In this document: piece by piece, positions 47,642 through 60,600 of the stretch | Layout: each line of letters starts with the position of its first letter | Numbering within the stretch: the stretch's first letter is position 1 | Source of the DNA: Polymyxa betae A26-41 | Taxonomy: Eukaryota > Protista > Endomyxa: Phytomyxea | Reading direction: 5' to 3' | NCBI GenBank assembly: GCA_003693705.1 | Contig: RBZT01000635.1 | Span: 1 to 64,000, forward strand | DNA length: 64,000 bases | Position numbers and translations under genes: made by a program | Notes under the pieces: model-generated | The model's database searches: none | Told to the model about the DNA's origin: nothing | Seen by the model: only the letters and a program-made list of their open reading frames with translations

Positions 47642-49178
47642 ATGAGGGTTGCGCCATTGTGGTCACATTTCGACTTGGTGATGATGATAATACGGCGGCC
47701 ATCTTTGCTGTTTTTCCGACAATGGCCCAGAGCCTTGTCAATCACAACTAAACAGGGTCCTGGCAGTTGGCCTGGCTCAGAGCCCGGGTCTAATTCTAAA
47801 TTGTCGCCTCATGAACAGTTAATCCAGTCGCTGAGGTCGTCATTACAAGCGTCGGACCCTAACGCCTTCAACAGTAACCCGACCTCTTCCGAGAAACGCC
47901 CTGCTAGGTCTAGACCGCTCAATAAACAGTTTAATACATTGACATGCAATAGCTTATTTGGAGGATTTTATAACGGGAGTTTGAGCGACGATCCCGAAGA
48001 CCGCTCTGTTTTGGAGCAGCTTCGCAAACTCGAAGCACAGTACAAAAACTGGGGACAAACAGACAAAGCGATCCAGGTCAGTCTGTTGAACTTGCCTAAT
48101 TTTACCTCAAATGCTTTTTCAGATTGGGAAGGAGATTGTACAAGTTGAAGCTTCAAGCCGCCAGCGCAGAGCCCTTCGGTTTGGCTCAGGAAGGCCTCCT
48201 TCTTCCACATTCTCCAAACCGCCGTCTGGCCCATTAGGATCTGACATTCGGGTTGAATCGACAGGTTGCCTCACGATTCGCGATACATTCTGAGCTGAGA
48301 GATTCTAGGCGTCAATGAACTAATTCGTGAAGGATATTCGGAAGAAGAGGCGTTGAAGAAGGCTGTCGAGAACGCTGCAGCGAAATCGTCTTGGGTTTTC
48401 GGTGAACTCTTGCCTTCTTAGTACTGGTGTTTCATCATATTGAATTTCTTTAGGCTCGTTGGATCCGGAAAGACGTTCCCGCTGGGAAAGCATTCGACAG
48501 AAAGTGTTAAGTGGAGAGATCGATTTTGATAACGATCAAGATGAGATGGTGTCCAAATTGAAGCCATATCTACTGGAGGGTGCAGACATCAGCGATCAGG
48601 AAGTAAGTGGAACTGAAAAAGCCGGTTCCCGTAAACAAATCCAACCCCAAGAACGCCAACGAATCGTCGATGAACTGGGTCGAGCATACGGGACAGGTGC
48701 TTGTCAACGAGAATGTTAAAACTCAGGCAACTCATTAGTGCTGTTAGGCCGTCGTAAGACTTCTATTGCCCGGGTCTGGCTAACACCAAGCAAGGAGAAA
48801 AACGAAGGTATTCGAATGACAATCAATGGGCGTAACTATTTGGAATACTTCACTCGGATTGAGCATCGGTATACGCTTTTTGAGCCCCTGCTCGCTACGG
48901 GGACGTATGGGCAATTTAACATTCGCGCAACAGCAAAAGGTAGCATGATACTATAAAGAAAGTTGATACAGTTTAATAACTAACTTGAAGGTGGTGGTTT
49001 ATCCGGTCAAGCCGGAGCTATTCGCTTGGGCGTTGCTCGAGCTCTCCAAAACTTCAACCCCGATCACCGACCTGTTCTGAAAGAAGGCAAACTGCTTACA
49101 AGAGACTCGCGAATGGTTGAGCGTAAGAAGGCTGGTAAGCGCAAAGCTCGCGCTAGCTTCCCCTATGTGAAGCGATGA
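47642..49178 (+). CDS. MRPS9: Mitochondrial ribosomal protein uS9m with long N-terminal extension
   Basis: [37 protein letters not shown] and [28 protein letters not shown]. Confidence 0.92.
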
Positions 49179-49453
49179 ATGATTGGCTCCGGGTTGACCG
49201 CATCTGGTTCGCTGTTCTACAATCTCATAAACGAACCCAGAAATTCACTGGAGTCAACTGGTGTGCAGTCGGAAGTGGCTTGTCTAAGGGAAGGGACCAG
49301 ACGTAATGTTCATTATTCCGCCTGTATGATTCATGGCGCCAAGTTGACTCACGTTGTGGCACCACCGGTCTTCAGGTGAATTCGTTGGTCCCCTTTCGTC
49401 ATTATACTGTTTGAATTATTGTTTGGAAGCGGTTTTTCATCTCGAACTGACAC

Positions 49454-50002
49454 ATGGAACCGATTATATTACCTTCTACTGTCAAAGTCAATTCTTATTT
49501 CCTACCGACATCATCTCCCGTGCCGACGCAGCCGATCGTTTTCGAGCAATCTGTGTTCAAGCCGGTGATTCGAAGAAGTCACCGATCCTTACCACGTGGG
49601 ATCATTTCACCAAAACCCATCCACTCGAATCGATCAAGAACGTTCACGTCTGGCCAAACAATGTTCGGCAGCACGGCTTCTAGATCAAGCAACCAGCCGC
49701 AACCGCAACAACATCCAGATCAGAAGAAGAAGATTACCTGCCCGATATGCCATAAGGTGTTCACGAGGCACTTCTCTCTGAAAATGCATTCCTATCTTCA
49801 CCAGAAAACACTCCCGTTTCAATGTCAATATTGTGAGAAGCAATTCACCACAGCTCGACACAGGGATACGCATGCACGAGTACATACTGGTGAGAGGCCG
49901 TACGTCTGCGATTATCCAGGATGCTCTTCAGCATTCACGGTGAAAAGCTCGTTAAGAAGGCATCAGCTCACTTGCATCTACAAACCTGATCATCAGTCGT
50001 GA
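49454..50002 (+). CDS. C2H2 zinc-finger transcription factor (3 fingers)
   Basis: CPICHKVF..H..H, CQYCEKQF..H..H, HTGERPY linker and CDYPGC..H. Confidence 0.9.
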   Translation: MEPIILPSTVKVNSYFLPTSSPVPTQPIVFEQSVFKPVIRRSHRSLPRGIISPKPIHSNRSRTFTSGQTMFGSTASRSSNQPQPQQHPDQKKKITCPICHKVFTRHFSLKMHSYLHQKTLPFQCQYCEKQFTTARHRDTHARVHTGERPYVCDYPGCSSAFTVKSSLRRHQLTCIYKPDHQS

Positions 50003-50920
50003 AGATTTGACATCTCATAGCCTTGACATCTCACAACCATTCACCTACAATGGACAAACAGTTTAAATATCTTGATCGTATCGCGCTTCAGGTTTCGAAA
50101 GCGTGCATTTCCCTATTATATAAACAGTTATCTACAGATATTTCTGGATAGCCTTCAACAAACTCGTCTCTGACCAGTGCAAAGTAATGTCAGACCTTAG
50201 AATCATCATGGAAACCGTCAAACGTTTAGTTGATAACTCTGTAGCTAACCTCGATAGAGCGGCCCCAACTCTGGGGTCTTGATGGTATTGAAGTTTCGTA
50301 AACGAGGGAATCCCAAATTCGATTATCGCACATCTTAGCAATTTGCAACTCTGTGCTGAAATCCGGAAATCTCAAATCGCCCGCCGATTTTGCCAGAATA
50401 GAATTGGTAAGAATAAGCGGTGCTCTCAGCATAGTCCAAAATAATCATACGAAACATCATACAAAACTAAGAAGAATAAGTGATTCTTTCTCTAATTAAA
50501 TCTTCTGTTGACTTTTACAAGTTGTCGGGCATCGTTTCATCGGGAGCTAAAAGAAGTCACAAATTCCCTGAATCAAATCATGAGGATGATACAAGGTCCA
50601 AATGAACACACTTTGTCGTATTTACCTAAGCCCAGCCGCTTTTATTATACGTAATTGCATACAGTAATCTTGTCTTGAAAAGGAATTGAATTGTACGTTC
50701 ATCATCAATAAAGCTTGGACACAGAGAAAAAAATTATTTGCAGCAGCTGAGCGATTCGAAATGAGCTGAAAGAAAAAACATTACTTTCCGGTCATTCATG
50801 CATCCATAGAGATGGAAATGTCCACAGTCCAAACTCATGACAAAAGGCCGCGCGCAATGTGATGCATTCCGAAGGGTTCGCAACAAGCAGTCAAACCTCA
50901 ATTCCATTATCATTGTCACC

Positions 50921-53638
50921 ATGGTTGTCGACATGTTCGCTGAACCGGCCTATGCTGCCCATCGTATGAAATTATTCGATATGATTTATGAACGCCAGCA
51001 AGCTCAAGCTCGCGAACAAAATGGTATTCTTACTTGCCTTTTGCTATGTCTTTTGTTTGGCATTTTGTCGCCCAAGTGTTTTCCATCAAGCAAACTCAGG
51101 CTGTTCTCAGTTCCTATCACCATTACTCTTCCGGATGGAAAGACGATGGATGGCGTCGCTGGAGTCACCACTCCTCTTGATATTGCCGAGAAGATTGCAA
51201 CTTCTTTAGCCAAAGTAAGGTAAATGCTTCTGAATGCTGACTTGCACTTATTGCGATAAAACAGTCGGTTATCGTGGCTAAAGCCAACGATTTGCTCTGG
51301 GATCTCACCCGTCCACTTGAATCCAACTGCAAGCTTGAATTTTTCAAATTTGATAGTGCTGAGGGTAATCATGTGTGATGTCCTCATGTAGTTTAATCAG
51401 GCTTTAACCTTTTCTCAGGAAAAAAAGTGTTCTGGCATTCAAGCGCACACATTCTTGGTGAAGCGCTGGAATTCCGTTTCAAAGATGGACGTCTCTGTAT
51501 CGGGCCGCCCATTGAATCTGGTGGCTTCTATTACGATATTGCCCTTCCAGACGATCAATCTGTCGTCCCGAACGATTTCAAGTAAGGACTTATGTTTGTC
51601 TTTTGTATCAATGCCGACCATTGATTAGAGATCTGGAAACTTTCATTTCCAATAAGGTTGTAAAAGAGAAACAGCCATTCCAGCGTATCGTTCTGACCAA
51701 AGAAGAAGCTTTGGAAATGTTTAAATTTAATCCATTTAAAGTCGAAATCATCAGCGATAAGGTTCCGGATGGCGAAACGTACGTTGCCTGCAATTCTATG
51801 TCGCTTATCTTTATCAAGTTGTGTGTTTGCAGGTGCACTGCCTATCGCTGTGGTCCTCTAATCGATCTTTGCAAGGGCCCACACATTCCTCATACTGGCC
51901 TTGTGAAGGCGTTCCGTGTTCATAAGAATTCATCGGCTTACTGGAAAGGGCAACAGGATAAGGCTTCGGTGAGTTAATTACTCATAACTATTTCATTTTC
52001 GTTAGCAAAATTTTTTCTTTCTATGATTGTTGCTGTCATGGTGCTCATTTCTGCTTTAGCTGCAACGTGTGTACGGTATCTCGTTCCAAAGTGCAAAAGA
52101 GCTCAAAGAATGGGAGCATTTGCAGAAGCTTGCTGCTGATCGTGATCACCGTAAGATTGGCCGTGAACAGCGTCTATTTTTCTTCAATGAACTCTCTCCT
52201 GGTTCATGCTTCTTCCTTCCTCACGGTACTAGAATCTATAACAGGCTGATGGATTTCATCCGTCAACAATATTGGAAGAGAGGATACTCTGAGGTTAATA
52301 TCCAGTTCAGATTCACTTTTCAAAGTGTGATATTTCGCTTAGGTTATCACTCCCAATGTCTTTAATGTTGATCTATGGAAGACTTCGGGGCACTATGCTC
52401 ACTATCACGAGCATATGTTCAATTTTCAGGCCGACAACAAAGAATACGCCTTGAAGCCGATGAACTGTCCCGGGCATTGTTTGATGTTCGCTCACGAGCC
52501 ACGATCGTATAAGGATCTTCCTATTCGTTTTGCTGATTTTGGTGTCCTGCATCGTAACGAGTTCGCCGGAGCTTTATCGGGTAGCCACGATAAATAATGT
52601 AACAATCGTTTGTCTGAGTCTCGCAGGATTGACTCGTGTTCGCCGATTTCAACAAGATGATGCCCATATCTTCTGCCGCTTTGACCAAATCCAGCAGGAG
52701 GTTTGGTTGTAGCGATTCGTCGATGCACATCATACTGATGATATGTTAGGTTTCCGGTGTCTTGGATATGTTAAAGGAGTGCTATGGCATTTTCGGATTT
52801 GAATTCCGATTGGCTTTGTCTACCCGTCCTGAGAAGGCAATGGGAGAACAGAGCGTCTGGGATGAAGCTGAAAATGCTTTGAGGAACTCTTTGGTTCAGT
52901 TTGCTGGAGATGTAACATCCTCTCAATTCACATCAATTATGCAGACTCTGACTTATGGATTAGAACTGGCAATACAATCATGGCGATGGAGCTTTCTATG
53001 GACCCAAGATTGATATTGAAGTCACTGATGCATTAAAGCGACACCATCAATGTGCTACCATCCAGCTTGATTTTCAAATGCCTTTGAAGTTCAACTTGGA
53101 GTACGATACGGATGCCAATGAGAAGCCTCGTCCTGTCATTATTCATCGGGCTATTCTCGGTTCTGTCGAGCGTTTCATGGCTATTATGACTGAACACACC
53201 GGAGGATTTTGGCCATTTTGGTTATCTCCTCGCCAGTGTATCGTGATTCCGTTGGCTGAGGTGCTTCTTCTTGTGTTATAGTTGATGGTTCTGATTTATC
53301 TTTAGAAATTCGGTGAGTATGCCAGCGAAATCTGTAATCAAATCCATGATGCTGGTTTCTATTGTGATGTGGATCGTTCTCGTCTGCAATTTAAAAAGAA
53401 GATCGCATTGGCTGCCTCCTCGTCGGCTAATGAGAACGCAGAAAAGGGTGCTATGGTCACTCGTTACAATTTCATCCTGGTGGTCGGAGCTGATGAAGTT
53501 GAACATGGCACTGCTGATGTTCGTACACCCAGTAGTCCAAAGTCTAAAAAGATGGCCATCGCTGACATCATCTCTATGTTCAAACTTCTTAACGAATCGC
53601 ATGCTGGGCCAGAAGCAGAATTGCAACACTTGCTGTGA
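50921..53638 (+). CDS. TARS1: Threonyl-tRNA synthetase (eukaryotic cytosolic type), about 12 exons
   Basis: TGS domain [69 protein letters not shown] and [10 protein letters not shown]. Confidence 0.97.
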
Positions 53639-53764
53639 TTTGCCATTGTCTAAGTCGATTGAATTTAAACAGCCCAATTTCTCCGAAAATCTGTTAGTTT
53701 TCCATACGTAGGTAGGAAATAACTCATTTAGTCACATACGGTCACAAGCCCATGTCGTGAACCT

Positions 53765-56700
53765 ATGGAGGATTCCTGCAAAGTTGCTCAACGCGTTTCG
53801 ATTGGCTTAATCCAGGAGGATATTCAGATTCCTTCACTAAAACCCAAATCAACTAAGATCACTCCTCAGTATCCGAAAGGTTTGGGAATATCTCCCATAT
53901 CGTTGTTTCCTTTTATGTATTGGTTTCAAGTTCAAGCTTAGATGCTTCCCGAGTAGTTATTCTTATTTAGAGTCCTGCTTCTTGTCTGGCGGCAATGGCT
54001 CCATTGATGCACTACCCAGCGCTGTTCGTTTTGCTGGATATCGCATTAATGAGCGTAACGTCCAGACTATTCAAATTCGGAACCGCTCCCTGCATCAGCA
54101 GCGAGTTCACGTCCTTCTTCCGAATACTATTGAATTTGATATTCAAACAGAAAATAAGGTATGCAAGATTGTTAGAATCGCTCTGTGGTTCTGATCCTTA
54201 AAAGGGCTGGATAGCACCTGGCCTATCGCTCACAGTCCGGATTATCTTCAGGCCGACTGAATGGAGGCACCATCATGACGAAATTATCGTTCGCCACAGC
54301 GACGGCGCCTTTATCGTCCCATTGGACGCTTTTCCGATCCTAGCCGATGCCGTCTTCCCAAATCGCATTGATATGGGCTTGTGTTCTGTTGGTCTCATCT
54401 CACAGAGGAATGTGACATTGCGTTCTACGATACCCTTCCAGTTCGAATTCACACTCACTCCAGTCAAGACGTCGACCGAATTCTCTGTCACCCCACTAGC
54501 TGTATAAAGCGTCTCATTTAGATTGGGTTTTGATGTTCTTGATACTTAATTTCGTAGGGGATCGTCCCGGGTAATGGCCAGATCGACATTACCATACAGT
54601 ACCATCCGCTGCATTGCCATACGAGCGAGTTTCTGTTTCAGGTCCAGATCTCAGAGCTGTTCTTCGAGCCGTTTATATGCTATGTATCAGGATCGGCATC
54701 ATTTCCCAGTGAGGGTCAGAAATCGATTGGTGAAAAACCATCTCCATCACGAAAGCTGTTCGTCATTGCTCCAAAGAGCATTGGTCCCAGAACGCTGAAA
54801 AGTGCTCGTCAGTTTGCAGCATGTTGTTACCTCGTATTTTTGACAGTTTTTAGGCGAAGAACGTTTGCTACCCGAGACAATCAATGGCATCATCATACCT
54901 GAAAGAATTTTAGGAAGACCCAGTGCTGTCAATTTCGTTTTATCTCAAGTACGCCGAGACGTCCAAGGACAAAATCAGAATTCAGAAAACCGAAATCGCC
55001 TTGGGAATCAAAATGCTATTGTCTCTGGTGAGAAAATGGAAGATATGAAGTACTATTCTGATGGTTTGCAGAAGAAGACGGAAACAGTGACATCGTTTTA
55101 GATAATATTGATTTCTCTGGGCGTACTGCAGCAGAAAAGATTGCTTTTTTTGAATTTGAATATCAGAAAGCGGTTGATTTTCGGAAATTGATAGCCAACA
55201 AGAGATCCTGGAAAAGGATCGGTAAAGGGAATGTTGGTATTCAGATGCTTTCTTATACAGCTTTATCAGGTCAGAGGCTGCTTTCAGATGACCAGAAGCG
55301 GGTGATAGCGGAAAGATCCATGTTGTTAAAACAGGAATTTGAGCGCCAACAAATTCGGTCAACCAGTATGGCAGTTAGTTCCGTTGTTCTCAGATTGCGT
55401 TTAACTTCGTTTTGCTTTAGATGTTAATGATGCTGTTTGTGTACCAACCGGATTTCAAGTAAATGTGCAACCGTCATGGGACCTGTCGAAGTCGCAGCGA
55501 AGCATTCACATAAATCGAACTGTCGGGCAATTGTTGCTGGCTTTGAACAAAGCTCTTATTCGACACCGAGTCAGCGAACGAATCGAGAAAGTAGAGAAAC
55601 CAATTCTGCTACATCCTCGTGTTCTTAAAATCATATTCAGATGAAAGTTTCTCTTCGAGAGTTGCAAGGCGCAGAATCAGTCCTTGAAGACGATCATGCC
55701 CAAGAAGATGTTCACCCCATATTCCTTAAAGATGGCATTGCAGCGGACTCTATTACATCCTCAGAAGCAAGTGATGTCTCTGTGAAAGCAGATGACAACC
55801 ATAGATTCAGTGATTTAGACGAACAGCCATACTTTCCCACAGTCGACATTGGCAAACTAGAAAAACCGCTCCCTGATGTCCCATTATTCCAAATATCCGA
55901 CGTAATCTCAAGCCATGAAATCTTGCGGTTTCCTATAACTCTACTCTAGGTTCAGGAATGCGACCTGAAAGGATATAGGACATTCTCAATGGATCCTTTC
56001 CCTGGTAATGTTTCACTTTCAGTTCCGGGCTTTACCTCGCCTCGCGTTGGAGCACAATCTGAAGACCCGATACTGGAAACACGACCACCGTCAATAATCT
56101 CTAGGGTTGTTAACCGTCCTGAAGACCAACGTTTAGAGCCGGATCGCCCTGAGTATATTGTATCCCGCCGTTTTTGTGCACCACTTCAGTTAGATACTGT
56201 AATCCACATTGCTGTCTCTCGTTTCAACAAGCACATTATTTTGTTTTAGGTTACTGAAGCTGATCCGACATTTAACTTGAACCAGCCCATGGTTGTTGCA
56301 TTACGCGCTCCTAAAAATTGTGATGGCGCTTGCAAAGAGCAATCCTCCCGACATTTAACCGAATTGGTAAGGGTTACTGACTGAAACTGAGGTGGGTGAA
56401 TTCAATCCCGTCAGGGGCAAGAAAGCTTAGAAGCCCTTTCTGAGTTACCAACATTTGGCAAATATTGGCAAACGTCGCGCCACTGTTCTGATATCACTAT
56501 TGATCTTACGTTTGAATTGTCAAAACCTGTAAACAATGCTGATTTCCAGAATTCTGCTGCCGAAAAAAAACCAGCTTCTGTATACAATCCATGCGATCAT
56601 TGCTACAATGTCTAACTGACTTGTGACCTCTAGGTTTCCGTTCCATCTTTGGATGAAGCTAAGAGCCTCTTCAACATCCATCTACAAGTATCGCCAGCTA

Positions 56701-56849
56701 CGGGTTTTGAAACGGCGAGATCTCGGTCGTTTAGCAACATGAACGACAAGCGCAAACAAAGTCTAGATGCATTTCATTCTCGAATTCAGCATCGCCTCGA
56801 CATGCCTGATCTTCATATTAACTTCTGTTCTCGTCCATTTATAGAATAA
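53765..56849 (+). CDS. CFAP221: Cilia/flagella-associated protein 221 (PCDP1)-like
   Basis: Ig-like (ASH) domains: LPSAVRFAGY, GWIAPGLSLTVRIIFRPTEWRHHHDEI, GIVPGNGQIDITIQYHP and ISELFFEPFICYVSGS; later AVNFVLSQ. Many exons. Confidence 0.75.
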
Positions 56850-56933
56850 TCAAGCCGTAGTGAATCTTGATTGTAATGGATTTATTCATCTTGGGCGATT
56901 AAATTAAGGACAACGAATTGTAAGGAAGTAGCG

Positions 56934-59900
56934 CTACCAAGCAATTTTCGCAATAGGCGATCTTGGATAATTTCTCACAAAATATTTCCGAATTTCATCG
57001 ACAAGGACAATGGCAGCTAAGAAGCCGAATGGAATAAACCAAAAGCTGACAGGGATGGGCGTTGTGTTGAATATCACCTGAATCCAATATCCATAAAAGA
57101 TAATGATACATATAGCAATATTGCAAGCAACCGAAAATAAGATAACTAGATTCTGACGTGGACCCCATAACGGATTTGAGTTGAATAATGAAACAGTTCT
57201 ATTTCGGACGGCGAGCAGGACCCCAATTTGACAAATGGCCATCGTCAAATAGTAAATGCACTGTCCCTTGATGACGGCGTTCGTTAAATGATCCAAGGGC
57301 ATCCCTCGCCAGTATGGGCCCCAACGATTGAAAGCAAAGATCAGATCATAGAAGCCCAAGCCCTGGGTGCTCATATACAAGAACCACATTCCCATAGAGC
57401 TAATCCAGACCAGAGGTCCAATGATCATATACAACTGTACGAAAAATCTCCAGTCTGTCAGTCGATCAGTTCGTGCATTCCTGGGCGGACGAGCCATTAA
57501 GTTTCCCTCCGATTTCTCATACATAAGGGCAAGTGCCATGATCAGATCATTTGTCATGCAGAACAACAATTGCTGAAAAGCAGACAATGGAGGTTGCATG
57601 CCAAAAAATGCAGTCGACGCTACAGCCACAAATTCAGTGTACGTACCTGTCATACATACGAATCAATACAGTCGCACGAGAATTAAGAGATATCTCATAC
57701 CAGCAGTCATCACATACAGTAACACTTTCTTCAGATTTTCAAATACCAGCCGTCCGTTCTCGATACCAACCAATAATGACGAAAATGTGTTATTAAGCAT
57801 GATCATGGTGGCCGCCTCTTTGGCAATGTCGGTCCCACTGCCCATACTGATGCCAACATCAGCAGCTTTCAAGGCCGGAGCGTCATTGGTACCATCCCCT
57901 GTTACCGCTACGAAATTGTCTCCGCGTTTCCTCAGATTATCCACGATTATGAGCTTATGCTCAGGGGTCGTACGAGAAAATACGATCTCGTTAAACTTAG
58001 TGACAATGTAATCCCAATCGTCTTGAAAGAGATGCACGATTTGAGATCCATTGATTACGATAGCATGAGGTGGTGAATCTTGTTGAGGACGGAGCTCGTA
58101 TGCAGTAAGATTGTGTGGCAGCGGGTCCCTTTCTCTTAAATTCTCCAGATCAGCAACGCGATGGATTTGATTGTCTGGGACAGTTATAATTCCAACGCTC
58201 CTTGCAATAGCGCAGGCCGTTAGCTCAAAGTCTCCCGTGACCTGTCCCAACCCAGAGTTTATAGAAGTCAATAGAAAACATTCCAATCAAACCAATACCG
58301 CAAATAAGACCAACGTTAGGTCACTAAAAGAAATCCACATTACCATGAAAACACGAATTCCAGCTTGGCGCAGTCTTTGCACAGCTTCAGGAACTTCCTG
58401 CCTTGGCGGGTCCTTCAAGACGAAGAGCCCGATCATGTCCAGGCCCTGTTGAATTTCGTTCATAACAAAAGTTTCCAAGGCGTCAACTTGACCGATAGGA
58501 ATCGAATCGTAATCCAGCAATTTCTCACAAAGAGCGATTACACGATGGCCTTGCCTGCTCGCTGCATTTTTGATATTTTCTATAGCCTGCCTCCTTTCTG
58601 TGTCCAATTCAGAAATGCTGCCATCAGATTGCATCACATTTCTCGAAGATCGGAGCAGAATATCAGGAGCGCCTTTAACTAATAATATCGCTGAGCCGCT
58701 CTCCATTTCCATGATTTTCGCCATGAATTTGTTCTGCGCATTGAATGCAAAAGAAAACAAAATTTCGTGATTGGGGATATCAGGGAATAGAGGCGTCATT
58801 CTTGCAACGAACTGGAGAATGGCCGTATCAGTAGGGTCACCAACGACTGGACGATCTTGAACAGGTAGTTGTTCTGTATTGGCCTCGAATATGGCATCGT
58901 TACACACCCTGGCAATGCATAGTAGAAGAGGTAGAGCCGCCATGTCCAGACTGGTCGGAATTCTTCCTTGGCAGATTGGGACGTTGGCATCAATGAACCA
59001 AATCGAGCAAACAGCCATTTTTCCAACAGTTAAAGTCCCGGTTTTGTCAGAACACAGCACCGAAATACAGCCGAGCGTTTCGACCATGTTCAGATTCTTC
59101 ACCAAGGCATTTTGTTTAGCCATCCGCCGGGCAATAATAGTCAGAGCCAATGCGAAGCAGATCGGCAAACCCTGCGGAACGAACGCTGAATGCATGCTAT
59201 TAGCGGAAAGGGCTCGAGGAGATTCTTTGTTGTTACCGATTAGACATCCAATGGCTTTTATGATAGCACCGGGGGCTGTTTCATAACCTGGATAAATATT
59301 CTCGATCCAACCGCCCCAGACAGCTAACGCCAGACAGAAGAAAAATAGAGCGACCGCAGATATGACAATAGTGAAGAAGGCGATATCTTTCTGGATCGGT
59401 GACAACACAGTCTTGTTAGCACCCGCGATCGACATTTTGAGAATAATTCCAATAACAGTATTATTCCCGATCTTGATCACAATTCCAAGGGCGCTCCCTC
59501 GAGAGAGAAAGGTCGACGCCAGTCCCATATTCCTCGATTCGAGCGGGTTGAGGCTTGTTGCTTCCACTGAGGCCGGTACGGGTTGGCTCTCACCGGTTAG
59601 AATCGACCGATCGAAACGAGCATCGGATGAGACTTCAACCAATCGAAGATCTGCAGGAACGCGCTGGCCCTGTTTCAAACAAACGATATCTCCCTCGACC
59701 AAAGTCTCAGCATCGATTGTTGAAACTTCGCCATCGCGTATTACCATAGCTGTATTCGCCTCCAAACTTTGTATTGATGCCATCGTACGCGATGTTTTGT
59801 AGTCAACGAGCGCATAGAAAAACGCTGAGGTGACAATGACAATGATCAGCATGATTCCAACACCCAGTTGGAATGCGGATGCCTTATCGCCAGATAACGG

Positions 59901-60242
59901 CTTCCATGAGATAAACACCATGATAGTGGCAATCCACATAAGGAAATTGAAGCCACCAAATACATACACTATGAGCTTCTTGAAATACTTTCTTCTTGGC
60001 GGGGTTAAAGCGTTGGCGCCTTTTTCAAAATGACGTTCGGTAGCAACTTCGGACGAGAGTCCTCGCGTTTTATGAGTGCTGAGACGACGGCATAATCCAT
60101 CAATGGGCTCACTGAGCTCGGGAAGAATTTCGTAACTCGGCACAAACGGTTTGCCTTGAATGGAAAGGCTGGTTTTGGCACTCAAGGTCCGGTATAGCAC
60201 AGGAATGCTGGGATGTGATTCAAAAGTGGCAAATGCAGCCAT
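56934..60242 (-). CDS. P-type ATPase, P2C-like (Na/K- or H/K-ATPase-related), copy 1, complete
   Basis: VPADLR, LTGES, CSDKTGTLT, KGAPD, DPPR, TGDF, VTGDGTNDAPALKAADVG and GIENGRLVFENLKK; 3 short introns. Confidence 0.93.
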
Positions 60243-60568
60243 TGTTGATCTGCAAACAGCCTTAGACCAACAGAAATGGCGGTTTTGTGAAAGCACAGAC
60301 GCCCAAATATAAACGCTTGAATCAATTCGAGTTGATGGCAGATAGAAGCGTTCAGATAGCACCAGATGATTCATCTAATTACTTTGGATTGACTATTCGC
60401 TGGAGTGATATGTTCTAAGCAATGCGAGAGATGGGCTTTGGAGCGACGCTTGTGCTTCATGTTCAGATTAGCTCCCGAAATCGCTTAACTAGTGATCCTG
60501 GCTATGGTGTTTTCCTTCCTATGAAAGAAATGAGAAGAGAGAGCTGATGCCTTTGTAAAGTGTTAAAC

Positions 60569-60600
60569 TGGAGCAGCCTGTCGCCGAAGAGGCTGCTCCA
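60569..60600. repeat. Perfect 11-bp inverted repeat (hairpin) upstream of ATPase copy 1
   Basis: tggagcagcct-N10-aggctgctcca. Confidence 0.85.

Noticed and set aside
50027-50053. Direct repeat ttgacatctca x2 after the zinc-finger stop
   Set aside because: Short, two copies, no supporting evidence of function.
50132-50660. Possible small minus-strand gene
   Set aside because: No consistent spliced ORF or recognisable domain could be assembled.
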